Part shown: piece by piece, positions 21,960 through 33,451 of the stretch
Layout of the letters: each line of letters starts with the position of its first letter
Numbering within the stretch: position 1 is the first letter of the stretch
Assembly (NCBI GenBank): GCA_002269645.1
Contig: NIVC01000903.1
Coordinates: forward strand, 272,459 to 336,458
DNA length: 64,000 bases
Origin: Macrostomum lignano
Taxonomy: Eukaryota
Direction: 5' to 3'
Notes under the pieces: model-generated
What the model saw: the letters and a program-made list of their open reading frames with translations, nothing else
What the model was told of the DNA's origin: nothing
The model's database searches: none
Program-made: the position numbers and the translations under genes

Positions 21960-22543
21960 CTATGGCTGCTCTGCAGCCAGCAGATTTTCAGAGTGAATGC
22001 TGTGGCTTCTTGTGGGTACGCTCGTAGATGCAGATGTCTATGGCTGCTCTGCAGCCAGCGGATTTTCAGAGTGAATGCTGTGGCTGCTTGTGGGTACGCT
22101 CGTAGATGCAGATGTCTATGGCTGCTCTGCAGCCAGCGGATTTTCAGAGTGAATGCTGTGGCTGCTTGTGGGTACGCTCGTAGATGCAGATGTCTATGGC
22201 TGCTCTGCAGCCAGCGGATTTTCAGAGTGAATGCTGTGGCTGCTTGTGGGTACGCTCGTAGATGCAGATGTCTATGGCTGCTCTGCAGCCAGCGGATTTT
22301 CAGAGTGAATGCTGTGGCTTCTTGTGGGTACGCTCGTAGATGCAGATGTCTATGGCTGCTCTGCAGCCAGCGGATTTTCAGAGTGAATGCTGTGGCTGCT
22401 TGTGGGTACGCTCGTAGATGCAGATGTCTATGGCTGCTCTGCAGCCAGCGGATTTTCAGAGTGAATGCTGTGGCTGCTTGTGGGTACGCTCGTAGATGCA
22501 GATGTCTATGGCTGCTCTGCAGCCAACGGGTTTTCTCAGAGTG
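21960..22543. repeat. 78-bp tandem repeat, ~7.5 copies
   Basis: Unit TCTATGGCTGCTCTGCAGCCAGCGGATTTTCAGAGTGAATGCTGTGGCTGCTTGTGGGTACGCTCGTAGATGCAGATG. Confidence 0.97.
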
Positions 22544-23041
22544 AGTGCTCAGGCTTGAGGGGCAGAAGTGGTTTTAAAGCAGAGAGTATCGCTAATTTTA
22601 CAGCTAATTGCAGTATAGTTTTACTATAATAAATGCACTTCTTTGAATACTTTCCCTGAATAACTCGCTCTCATCATAGTCACCGTCTCTACAACAGGAT
22701 TTGAAGATTTGAAAATTAACCGCACTGATTCAGTGAAGTGTTTTAGCAGTACTCGAAGAGGGCCGAGGGTTACACGGGTTTCCCTCATGAGAAAAAAGAG
22801 TAAAAGACAATGGCGAGGCGACGGAGCTGATGCATCATACATTTTCTTTCCTTTCCATGGAAACAATTGTTCTTAAACTGCAAACCCTTCACGCTGCCTG
22901 ACAGCCAATCCATCAACTGACTCCTGCCTTTCACTCCTCCTTCGTCTCTCCTTTTGAATTTTTCAGCTTAAATGCGCCGGTCCTCGCCAGCCTCCGGTTG
23001 CCGCCCAAGCCTCTGCCGCTGCCCCAGCCTGCCACTCCAGC

Positions 23042-24322
23042 ATGCGCGCCGCCCTTCTCGCCCAGCTGCTTCTCTGCATCTCCCGGGCTGCCGCCGACTT
23101 ATCGACCGGCTGCTCGGAGAAGGTGACCTTCACCCGCGTGAGCACGCAGGTGCTCGACTGCATCGATCCTCGCTTTGCGATGCCCGACCTGTCAGGCGTC
23201 AGCGATCCGAAGTCCTGCTCGTTCGCGTGCGCCAAGTTGCCCACCTGCATGGCCTTCGCCATCCTGACTGCTCCGGCTCGCTGTCGCAGATTCAACTTTG
23301 GCGCGTTCAGCCGGCGCGTCCGGTCGGTGACGCCGTGTCCGAATCGGACGGCCGACGTCTTCGTCCGCAACGTGGGCGGCGCGGTGCAGCCGGGCGCTCT
23401 GTGCGGCTCGGGCTTCGGCTTCGACTTGTTCGGCACGAAGTTCAAGCTGGAGAAGAGCAGCTTCACCTGGGAGCAGGCCAACGTGAGTGCTTTGTTTCTC
23501 AAGCTACACACTGGATAGGCTGGCAGAGTGAAATATCATTATGTACTTTAATTACAATCTAAATCCAACCGCTTCCTCACAAAAAGCGGGAGTTTCACTG
23601 GTGATGTTAGTGGCTAACGCTCTCTCTCCTCTGTTCTGTTCTTTCATTAAAAGAGCGACTGTAACTTTAGGAGAAAATTCAATCATATCTCTAGACAAGG
23701 GTTAATGCCTTAACACTTGATTGTTAAAGTTGCAGGTAATTGTAATTAAGTCGCCCTTGAGTTATGTCAGCCCAAAAACATGATTGTTATTTCCTCCTGG
23801 CTAACTTCCGAGCAGCTGACATTCGATTTCAAACTGTATGTCTACAATGGTAGATCCGGTAGTGGTTCCGCATCTTGTTGGTGCCGGCTCTATGTTTCAG
23901 AAACAAGTGTTCAAGATTAGCTAATATTTGCAATAGTAAAGCTGAACTGTAGACTTGTAATTAGTAATAACTTTCCCATGCAGACCCACTGCGAGTCGCT
24001 CGGAGGCCTGTCCCGCCTGGCTGAGCTGGTGGACCGCCAGGACATGGACCACGCTGCCATCATGGGCGGCTATCCGTGGTCCGATCACGCTTGGCTGAAC
24101 GCCTTCCAGCCGCCTGGCAGCGTGGAGCCGGACCAGGGCTGGCTGTGGCTGGGCTCCGGCCTGCCCGTGAACATGAGCAGCTCGCTGTGGGACTCGGACG
24201 ATCCCGACAACGACGTGAACCAGAATCGCATGGTGCTGGAGAAGTCAGGCGTTGTGTTCAACGACAAAGCCGAATCGGAGAATAACTACGCGCTCTGCCA
24301 GTGCGTCAGCCCGTTCGACTGA
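23042..24322 (+). CDS. Secreted PAN/apple + C-type lectin-like protein, copy B (2 coding exons, 259 aa)
   Basis: Exons 23042-23482 and 23984-24322; 501-bp GT-AG phase-0 intron; upstream acceptor at ~22967. Differs from copy A by 5 amino acids. Confidence 0.87.
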
Positions 24323-25814
24323 TCCAAGGTACGTCGAACGGTTTTATCAGAGGCCACCACAGACTGAAGGTAAACCGTGACCACCTCGGAACACTCTGAG
24401 CTCACGCTGAGCTGCAACTAAAACTGAACTACAATTCTCTGTGACACGTCCATAAATAGCAAGAGCAATACAAGCTAATCATGACCACAGATACTAAAAT
24501 AACTAGATGGCCACTCAGGCACATATATACTTAGTAAAACAGCTTTCTACTTTCAGTTCAGTAGCAAAGAAGAATACATAAGCTATTTTATGAAAATAAA
24601 GGCAGCTGAAATGACTTTGATAAGTTTAGAAGCCCAAGCTTGCAGGCGTAAACAACTTGCTAATTGGTTCCGCTATAATGTACATTAGCCAGTCCACTGA
24701 AATGTACACGGCAATTTAAGGCTGGAATTCCGAGAAAGGCAATAAAAATTGGGGCGGTGCGGGTGGTAGTGTGGAAAGGCGCGGTTGGAGGGTTTAAGCT
24801 GTGGGGGTAGAGCCAATAAATGAGTTGGCTTTAAAAATATTGTACATTTAAATACTTCTGTTTAACTTGCTAACTTGCTAACTTGTTTAGCTTGCGTGAA
24901 AGTAGCTTACACGCAAATGTGCTCTGAGTTTGCAATCCCATCTAGTTATTCTAGTATCTGTGATCATGACAAGATGTCATTGAAATGTGAAATACTTTTG
25001 TCTATGGTCGAAAAGTAGGTCCCGAGGTTTCGGAATTTTGGCTCTCTATGTGAGCTCGGTACTCTTTGGTGTTGACATTTATTTTCTACTTAAACAAAGA
25101 AACGTGCAACTCTCCCAAAAGACTGTTTATGGTTAGACTCCTGCCATGCCACTAAATCAAGTTCTATCTTTATTTATACTTGCTTATGCTCTCTTTATAT
25201 CTCTTTCATTCTTGAAACTCAACATTTATCCGGCTAAAGCTAGAACTTCGAAAGTTTAATTTTTTCTAAGAAATCTCACGTACCCAAGAAGAAAGAAAGC
25301 TATTCTGCTCTAATTTTTCGCTTGCCTGCATTCCGAACAATGCGCGTATTTTGCTTTGTTTATCCAGTCTTATCTGTTTGGTCTTGGCTTGAGTAATTGT
25401 CTTTTAACTTGTCTCTAACTTGCTTTGCAGCTCTTGTCGACACTTACATACTACTTCTGCTGCTAAACTCTCGGGTCTCCCGTGACTCTCGTGCCCGAAA
25501 CTCTAATACTCAAATACAACTGAAGCATCTTTTCTGCATAGAACTGTAGTGTTCTATTGTTAGCAATAGCAAGTAGACTCGCAAGTGCTTTTAGGCAACC
25601 GGGCTTTTTGTATCTCGACTCTTTTGTTGCCTTTCTCAAAGTTCTAGCATTCAGGAGCCTGCTTCCACTTAGAGGAAGGATTAGGGATCTGCTGATGGGT
25701 TAGTTTTGGTGCAAGGGAAGCCTCAAGTTTGCTGCCTCAAACAAGCGGTGGAAGCCACTCCCAGCCTGATGGGCGGAGGCTGAGCCACACTGTTTTGCAG
25801 TCTTCGCTCTAAGA

Positions 25815-26885
25815 CACTCACTCAAGCCAGTCAGTCACTCAAGCCAGTCAGTCAGTCACTCACTCAAGCCAGTCAGTCACTCACTCAAGCCAGTCACTCA
25901 CTCACTCAAGCCAGTCAGTCACTCACTCAAGCCAGTCAGTCACTCACTCAAGCCAGTCAGTCACTCACTCAAGCCAGTCAGTCACTCACTCAAGCCAGTC
26001 AGTCACTCACTCAAGCCAGTCAGTCACTCACTCAAGCCAGTCAGTCACTCACTCACTTAAGCCAGTCAGTCACTCACTCAAGCCAGTCAGTCAGTCACTC
26101 ACTCAAGCCAGTCAGTCACTCACTCAAGCCAGTCACTCACTCACTCAAGCCAGTCAGTCACTCACTCAAGCCAGTCAGTCACTCACTCAAGCCAGTCAGT
26201 CACTCACTCAAGCCAGTCAGTCACTCACTCAAGCCAGTCAGTCACTCACTCAAGCCAGTCAGTCACTCACTCACTTAAGCCAGTCAGTCACTCACTCAAG
26301 CCAGTCAGTCAGTCACTCACTCAAGCCAGTCAGTCACTCACTCAAGCCAGTCAGTCAGTCACTCACTCAAGCCAGTCAGTCACTCACTCAAGCCAGTCAG
26401 TCAGTCACTCACTCAAGCCAGTCAGTCACTCACTTAAGCCAGTCAGTCACTCACTCACTTAAGCCAGTCAGTCACTCACTCAAGCCAGTCAGTCACTCAC
26501 TCAAGCCAGTCAGTCACTCACTCACTCAAGCCAATCAGTCACTCACTCAAACCAGTCACTCACTCACTCAAGCCAGTCACTCACTCACTCAAGCCAGTCA
26601 GTCACTCACTCAAGCCAGTCAGTCACTCACTCAAACCAGTCACTCACTCACTCAAGCCAGTCACTCACTCATTCAAGCCAGTCACTCACTCACTCAAGCC
26701 AGTCAGTCACTCACTCAAGCCAGTCAGTCACTCACTCAAGCCAGTCAGTCACTCACTCAAGCCAGTCAGTCACTCACTCAAGCCAGTCAGTCACTCACTC
26801 AAACCAGTCACTCACTCACTCAAGCCAGTCACTCACTCACTCAAAAAGCCAGATAGTCAGTCAGTCAGTCAGTCACTCACTCACA
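25815..26885. repeat. Compound CAGT/CACT minisatellite (~21-bp unit CACTCAAGCCAGTCAGTCACT)
   Basis: Unit length varies in 4-nt steps; the array ends in (CAGT)n. Confidence 0.95.
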
Positions 26886-27469
26886 GTCACTTCACAACGT
26901 ATGCGGATGGGTAAGAAGCGGTGGTCATGTGGAAGCTTTAGAACATTTACTAACACTTTTCTTCTACTATAAGTAGGTAGAAACGCGCACAAGTCAAACT
27001 TTTTAACAGACACAAATGCTACAAATTAGTATCGAATCTTGTCTTTCTAGTAGACTAAACTTGCCAAACTTGTGATCAACTCTGTGCATCAGCAATAGCA
27101 TAGCAGCTTCATTTTACATTTCCAGTTTCTATTTTTGCGCTAATCATCAAAGAATTCTGGGTGGAAAAATAGATCACCAGAAGGTTCGAAAGCAGTTGTA
27201 GCTGCTTTTTCTTTTTGCCTCTGCAGACTCCTAGTAGCAGCCTGAAGTCGAGTTTTTTAGGGCTCACGTAAATTCAAGTAAGGAGAGCATGAGGAAACTG
27301 TCAGCGGAAAAAGAGGTGTTAGCGTTCGGCTTTAAAACTGCGAAACCGACAGAACTATACCCAAAAATTACTCTTCGACTGTAAAACCGAAATTCAAAAT
27401 TGAGACTGATAGTTTTATGTACTTCGATAAATTCCCACCATAGTGTTTCTACAGGCGCTAAAGACTCTC

Positions 27470-28235
27470 TTGGTGTGTCTGAAGGCGCTTATTGGGGTGT
27501 CTAAAGGTGCTAATTGGTGTGTCTAAAGGCGCTTATTGGGGTGTCTAAAGGTGCTAATTGGTGTGTCTGAAGGCGCTTATTGGGGTGTCTAAAGGTGCTA
27601 ATTGGTGTGTCTGAAGGCGCTTATTGGGGTGTCTAAAGGTGCTAATTGGTGTGTCTGAAGGCGCTTATTGGGGTGTCTAAAGGTGCTAATTGGTGTGTCT
27701 AAAGGCGCTTATTGGGGTGTCTAAAGGTGCTAATTGGTGTGTCTAAAGGCGCTTATTGGGGTGTCTAAAGGTGCTAATTGGTTTGTCTAAAAGGGCTTAT
27801 TGGGGTGTCTAAAGGCGCCCTCTTGATGTGTCTAAAGGCGCGCTCTTGGTGTGTCTAAAGGCACCCTGGTGTCTAGAGGCGCTTTTTGGGGTGTCTAAAG
27901 GTGCTAATTGGTGTGTCTAAAGGCGCTTTTTGGGGTGTCTAAAGGTGCTAATTGGTGTGTATAAAGGCGCTTATTGGGGTGTCTAAAGGCGCCCTCTTGA
28001 TGTGTCTAAAGGCGCGCTCTTGGTGTGTCTAAAGGCACCCTGGTGTCTAGAGGCGCTTTTTGGGGTGTCTAAAGGTGCTAATTGGTGTGTCTAAAGGCGC
28101 TTTTTGGGGTGTCTAAAGGTGCTAATTGGTGTGTATAAAGGCGCTTATTGGGGTGTCTAAAGGCGCCCTCTTGATGTGTCTAAAGGCGCGCTCTTGGTGT
28201 GTCTAAAGGCACCCTGGTGTCTAGAGGCGCTTCTA
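27470..28235. repeat. 22-bp (44-bp dimer) minisatellite grading into a 174-bp higher-order repeat
   Basis: Core GGTGTCTAAAGG. The GGCGCCCTC variant recurs at 27814, 27988 and 28162. Confidence 0.93.
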
Positions 28236-29075
28236 TATATTCTGGCCTAATGGGATTAGCAAACACCGAAAACGTAGAAAAAAATCCTATTAATATTGTT
28301 GCAGAACACATTGGATCCATCTGTCCGGTCTGTACCAAGCTCTCTGAACTGCCAAATTTAGCATATTCAGCAGCGAGCCATTAAAATTAGCCAGCCTCTT
28401 TCTCGGGTTTGTCCAATAGCGCCAATATTAACTGCTAGTGGTTGCCATTCAGCTGCATACCCAGCCTCAAATCTGCATCATTTCGCATGCAAATTGGCTC
28501 GCGACCACGGGGGAAAATGCTATTGCAGAGCCGTCTGGAACCTCCGCTGTGCAGAGAGGCGCTCTGTTCTAATTTTAGAGCCTGTAGAAATGCTAAAAAA
28601 ATTCTGAATCAATTTTTTCTCTCCCAACTCTCGATTTTCAGTGCATTCATATTGCTATTAGCGGTGAATCGAATATTTAGCGCCTTGAAGACTGCAGCTG
28701 GTGATTTTTTAGGTCTTTTCTCCGGCGCGCGCTGCCAGCTGCTGCCGGGTCTTCCAGTGCAGGAAGTGGCTAATTTGTGTTCCTGATGAACTCTGCCTGA
28801 CTGATACAGTAATAAGCCGAATTTTCTATCTGTTTTTTTTTTACTAGATTACGAATCATTCACTCACAGGTAAAGGTCAACTGCCGCTAAACACTGCAGT
28901 CAGCTATTTTTGCGATGGCTCAGTATTTCCGGTTCTATGGTGGATATCATGTATTTTCATTTGCTCAGAGTTGTTTGAGTTGACACGCAAAAGTTTTGAG
29001 TTCGAGCCGGAGAGCCTATAGGATTAATAAACTCATTAAAGTTCGGCTTGATCTGTTTGAAAGGGAGAAGCCTCA

Positions 29076-32000
29076 TCATCCCATCAAGTAGTCCGTGCCG
29101 CAGGTGGCGTACCGGCAAATCCAGTGTTGGGCACTTCCGTTACCGAGTAACTTGCAAATGGTAACGCAAGTTACTTTTTCGTAAAGCGTTCCTTACGCAA
29201 GTTACTTTTTTATTTTAGTAACGGAGTAACGGTAAGTTACTCAAATTTCGGAAGTCCGTTACAGTTACTTTGCAACAATCGCAATATTTAAATTAAAAAC
29301 TGAAATGCTTAGCTAGTACGCCGGTTGTCACATGTTTTTGCATTTTTCATTCATAAATTCAAAATTAAGTGAATAGTATCATATGGTATTGCGTTTAATT
29401 AATGAAGAAATACTTGAAACATGTATTACTTTGTTAATATTGGTAAAATATTTTCGCCTTTCATTGAGGCTTTTCATATTACCAATTCCAGAATCAGAAT
29501 CGGTTCGGATCTTCCAAGAAAAACAGCAGTATAACTATTTAATTCTGTTGAATGTTTGACTGCCTTAACAACCTCACATAGCACAATTTTTCACTTTCTT
29601 CTTAGCGATTTTCATTCAATAATAAAAACTTTATAGCACGTATCTCCCTCTAGTTATGGAGACAAAAAGTTATACTTCACAAATTGGTTCTGATTCTGGA
29701 ACCAGAACTAGCTATATGAAAAGGCCCATTTTCGTTACTAAAAATTTTCAAGTTTGATTCAAACAAACAACCAAAGAAAGAAATTCATCTGTAGCCTCCA
29801 CAAGTCCCTCCACTGGCACTGCAGTACACTACACCATTTTATACAGTTCTATTTATTTTACTCTATTGAATTATTGATATTCGTTTATTTTATCATTTAT
29901 AATTTTAATTATTGATTGCCATTGCCCATTGGTCCTTCTATTTGCCTCACATCGTGTCGCCAATTCCTGTCTCTGTCTGTTAATCGGTTAATCCCAATGC
30001 CCAATGGCAAATTTCGGTAACAACAATGTGAAAAAATGTGCAATGTGAAAAAAGCAGAAAATTTTGTTAATAACATGGGTAACGGAAGTGAGTAACGGAC
30101 AGTAACTTAAAAGTTACCAGGTTTTTGTCTAAAGTTACTAGGCTAACGTAAGTTACTTTTTAAAAATTGGTAACTTAAGTTACAGTAACGCAAGTTACTT
30201 TTTTTAAGTAACTTGCCCAACACTGGGCAAATCTCGTAGTCGCGAACGGCCTTGTCCAGCACGCGTTTGAAGGAGCCCAGCTCGTCCTTGTGCAGAGTTG
30301 ACCAGACCACCAGGTCGCGTAGGTACTGGATGAAGTTCACTTGAAGTGGATTGAGGAAATTTGAATAAATTATTCAAGTGGTGTTCCATTCTTAGCACTA
30401 ACAACCACAGCAACGAAGCTACTCTGTCAGAACTTAAAAAAATAGTGTCACATGGTGCGCCTCTGGATTTGCGCGCGATTTGGGCGTGTAAAGTAGCGCA
30501 CGACGAAGCGCCGGTAGGATGCCTGCAGCGTCAGTCAGCAGCATCTCCTGCGTCAGCTACAGGCAGAACGACTCGGCGCGGATGATGTGGCCTGCCAGCT
30601 TGAGTCTCCGACGGTGCAAAAGGTCGCTTGGACGGGCCAAATTTAACTAATAACTGTAACTATTAGCACTTAGGCCTTCCAATAATTAACCATATGCAGC
30701 ATTAAACATCCTGTATAATTTTGTGGGGACCGGAAACAGGCAAAAGTACTCTGTGTTTTCTAGACTGACTTTTAGCAGAGTACATTGCATCAGATGGGCT
30801 TTTAGCTCAGGACAGTTTCCAACAAACAGAAATAGTAATAAAAATTGATTACACCTGTCCCAATGGGCAGATGTGCAACCGACAGCTCAGCCGCAGCTAT
30901 TGCGCTGCGCATCTGAAGGCAGCTGCGTACGGCTGCTCAGTCCAAGGACTGGGGGGTCGCCACACAGACACTCAATTACCCGAGCTAATGCTGGCACCCA
31001 TTTTACAGCTGGGTGCACTGAAGCAATGCAGAGTTAAGCGTCTTGCTCAAGGACACAAATTGTTCCGAGTGGGTTGTTCTAACTATTAGGCTACAACTCC
31101 TCAGCTTTTTCAACAGTCAAAAACAATCCATCGATAAGGCAGAAGGTGAGAAGTCGACTATTGACTGCCAGGAACTGAAAATTTCTTATCTTGTTAATGC
31201 AATTTGAAATGTCACATTTTCCTGCTATGCTAGTGGTTATTGGGTGAACTTCAGCTCAGCTTACTTTGACTGCGGTGAGGATTGATGCTAGTAACCTACT
31301 GAGGGTTGATGCTAGTAACCTACTGAGGGTTGATGCTAGTAACCTACTGAGGGTTGATGCTAGTAACCTACTGAGGGTTGATGCCAGTAACCTACTGAGG
31401 GTTGATGCTAGTAACCTACTGAGGGTTGATGCCAGTAACCTACTGAGGGTTGATGCCAGTAACCTACTGAGGGTTGATGCCAGTAACCTACTGAGGGTTG
31501 ATGCCAGTAACCTACTGAGGGTTGATGCCAGTAACCTACTGAGGGTTGATGCCAGTAACCTACTGAGGGTTGATGCCAGTAACCTACTGAGGGTTGATGC
31601 CAGTAACCTACTGAGGGTTGATGCTAGTAACCTACTGAGGGTTGATGCCAGTAACCTACTGAGGGTTGATGCCAGTAACCTACTGAGGGTTGATGCTAGT
31701 AACCTACTGAGGGTTGATGCCAGTAACCTACTGAGGGTTGATGCCAGTAACCTACTGAGGGTTGATGCCAGTAACCTACTGAGGGTTGATGCTAGTAACC
31801 TACTGAGGGTTGATGCTAGTAACCTACTGAGGGTTGATGCTAGTAACCTACTGAGGGTTGATGCTAGTAACCTACTGAGGGTTGATGCCAGTAGCCTGTT
31901 TTTAGGGCATTGTCTCAGCAACGCCTACCATAAAAAAGACAGTTCACACATGCTGAACAAAGGACAATACAAGCCATAACTCACTATTTGAATGGTGAAT

Positions 32001-32285
32001 CGCCCAGTAGGCCTTGAAGACCTTGATGTTGAAGCTCTCGCATCGTTCGGCGCAGTTCATCACGCGAAAGAATCGCTTGTCCGCGCCGCTGCCGTCGCCA
32101 CCGCTGCGGACAGGGAGCGACGGGGACGGAACAACCGGCGCCTTGACGGCAGGGGTGACGGAGCTGGCTGCGGCTGCGGCGGCGGCGGCCACGGCGGCCG
32201 CTGAGGCAGTGGCGGCGGCGCCCGCTAGGTAGAGGCAGACTAAGCCAAGCTGCAGTGGACTGGCGCGGAACCGGCCGCTTCGCAT
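29076..32285 (-). CDS. Secreted prepropeptide-like protein of unknown family (~150 aa); last exon interrupted by a hAT MITE
   Basis: Exon 1 32285-31985 (phase 1, GTGAGT donor); exon 2 from 30339 (AAG acceptor). Removing 29122-30233 gives ...HHSNMNFIQYLRDLVVWSTLHKDELGSFKRVLDKAVRDYEICRYATCGTDYLMG*. Hydrophobic leader, Ala/Pro/Ser linker, KR site, then a 4-Cys domain. Confidence 0.68.
29122..30225. mobile_element. Non-autonomous hAT element (MITE), 1104 bp
   Basis: Perfect 12-bp TIR CAGTGTTGGGCA / TGCCCAACACTG. 8-bp TSD GGCAAATC at 29114-29121 and 30226-30233. Many subterminal AGTAAC/GTTACT motifs; AT-rich noncoding interior. Confidence 0.93.
30450..30625 (-). mobile_element. Degenerate 3' fragment of a non-LTR retrotransposon ORF (intronic)
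   Basis: Translates SDLLHRRRLKLAGHIIRAESFC* and QEMLL.TLQASYRR. RRL..AGH..R resembles RTE/CR1-type RT C-termini; stops and indels are present. Confidence 0.45.
30846..31098 (-). mobile_element. tRNA-derived SINE family 1, internally deleted copy (duplicate of 14462-14712)
   Basis: Carries the same head deletion as the 14462 copy, in inverted orientation. Confidence 0.8.
31280..31892. repeat. 24-bp VNTR, ~25 copies
   Basis: Reverse complement of the 14031-14283 unit. Confidence 0.96.
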
Positions 32286-32334
32286 ATTGCGCTGCAGATG
32301 TCAGACAGGTTTGCATAGCATTGGATAGGTTGTA

Positions 32335-32631
32335 GGGGCTGTAGCCTAGTGGTCAGAGCGTCCGACTCACGACTGACAGGTCGGGGGTTCGATTCTCGAC
32401 TCACTCGGGACAGTTTGTGTCCTTGAGCAAGACACTTAACTCTGTATTGCTTCAGCTCACCCAGCTGTCAAATGGGTGCCAGCATTAGCTGGGGTAATTG
32501 AGGGTGTGTATGGCGACCCCCCAGTCCTTGGACTGAACAGCCGTACGCAGCCTTCAGATGCGCCGCGCAATAGCTGCGGCTGAGCTGTCAGTTGCACATC
32601 TGTCCATTGGGACAGGTGTAATCAATTTTTT
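32335..32631 (+). mobile_element. tRNA-derived SINE family 1, full-length
   Basis: GGGGCTGTAGCCTAGTGG (A-box) and GGTTCGATTCT (B-box, 32386-32396); no acceptor-stem closure. Central TGTGTCCTTGAGCAAGACACTTAAC is reminiscent of conserved SINE core domains (MetaSINE-like, unverified). The body is repeated twice elsewhere in the window. Confidence 0.85.
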
Positions 32632-33451
32632 CAATAGATAAGTCAGTTACACACTAACGAAAGCGTGAACATTTACCATTGCCTTTCACAGTTAAATTGC
32701 ACTAAGCGCTTAGGTGTGAGGATTGGTACAAACCTGACCCCACCGGTCAGGAATGCAGATATTTGATAGGCACGTTTGATAGGCGAGTTAAAGCTAGAAA
32801 TTTTCACTCAACAGTTTGAGTCTGACAAAAGGCATTCTCACCTGATTCTAATTAGCTCTTCTCGGTTCCTCCTGGGTCCAAAAATGTCGAATTTCTCCTT
32901 CGATTTGCAAGCTTCCGCTCAGAGTCTGCTAGGCCTCTCTTATCCCGTCTCCTAGTAGCAGCAATGACAGCAGCAGGTCAGAACTCCCCATCTCTGGCTG
33001 AAGAAATTGGCACGCATCGGCGCCGGCTGCAACCCCTCCCCCCAACCAGGTTGGCCAATGGACACAGGGCGGGCCGAGGCCGGGCACTAGGGATGCAGTA
33101 GTTAGTAGACTGTCAGCGAATACGTGGGCGAGAGACGTAATCCCCATAATCCCCTTCGACTTGCGGAGCGCATGAACTGTACTGTAGGAGAAATTGTTTC
33201 GAAGAATCGGAAAAACAAGCGCAAAGGCCGAGCGCGACGCCAAAATCGCTACTATCCTACAGACAAGGAATCGACAGAAGTATAAACGTGGGAAACAAAG
33301 AAAGAATATTACAAGCGTGGGCGGAGCATACCTGCTGATGGGACGATGCTGGAATGTTCTGAACGAAACGTCATCTGATTTTTTTGGGGGGAAAACTGCA
33401 GTAGAAGAACTCTATACTCAATTTTCTTAGAAATAAGCTGGAGGCTCTACT

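Noticed and set aside
32335-32410. tRNA gene (also 33824 and 8360)
   Set aside because: A and B boxes are present but there is no acceptor-stem closure, and the sequence continues into a repeated SINE body.
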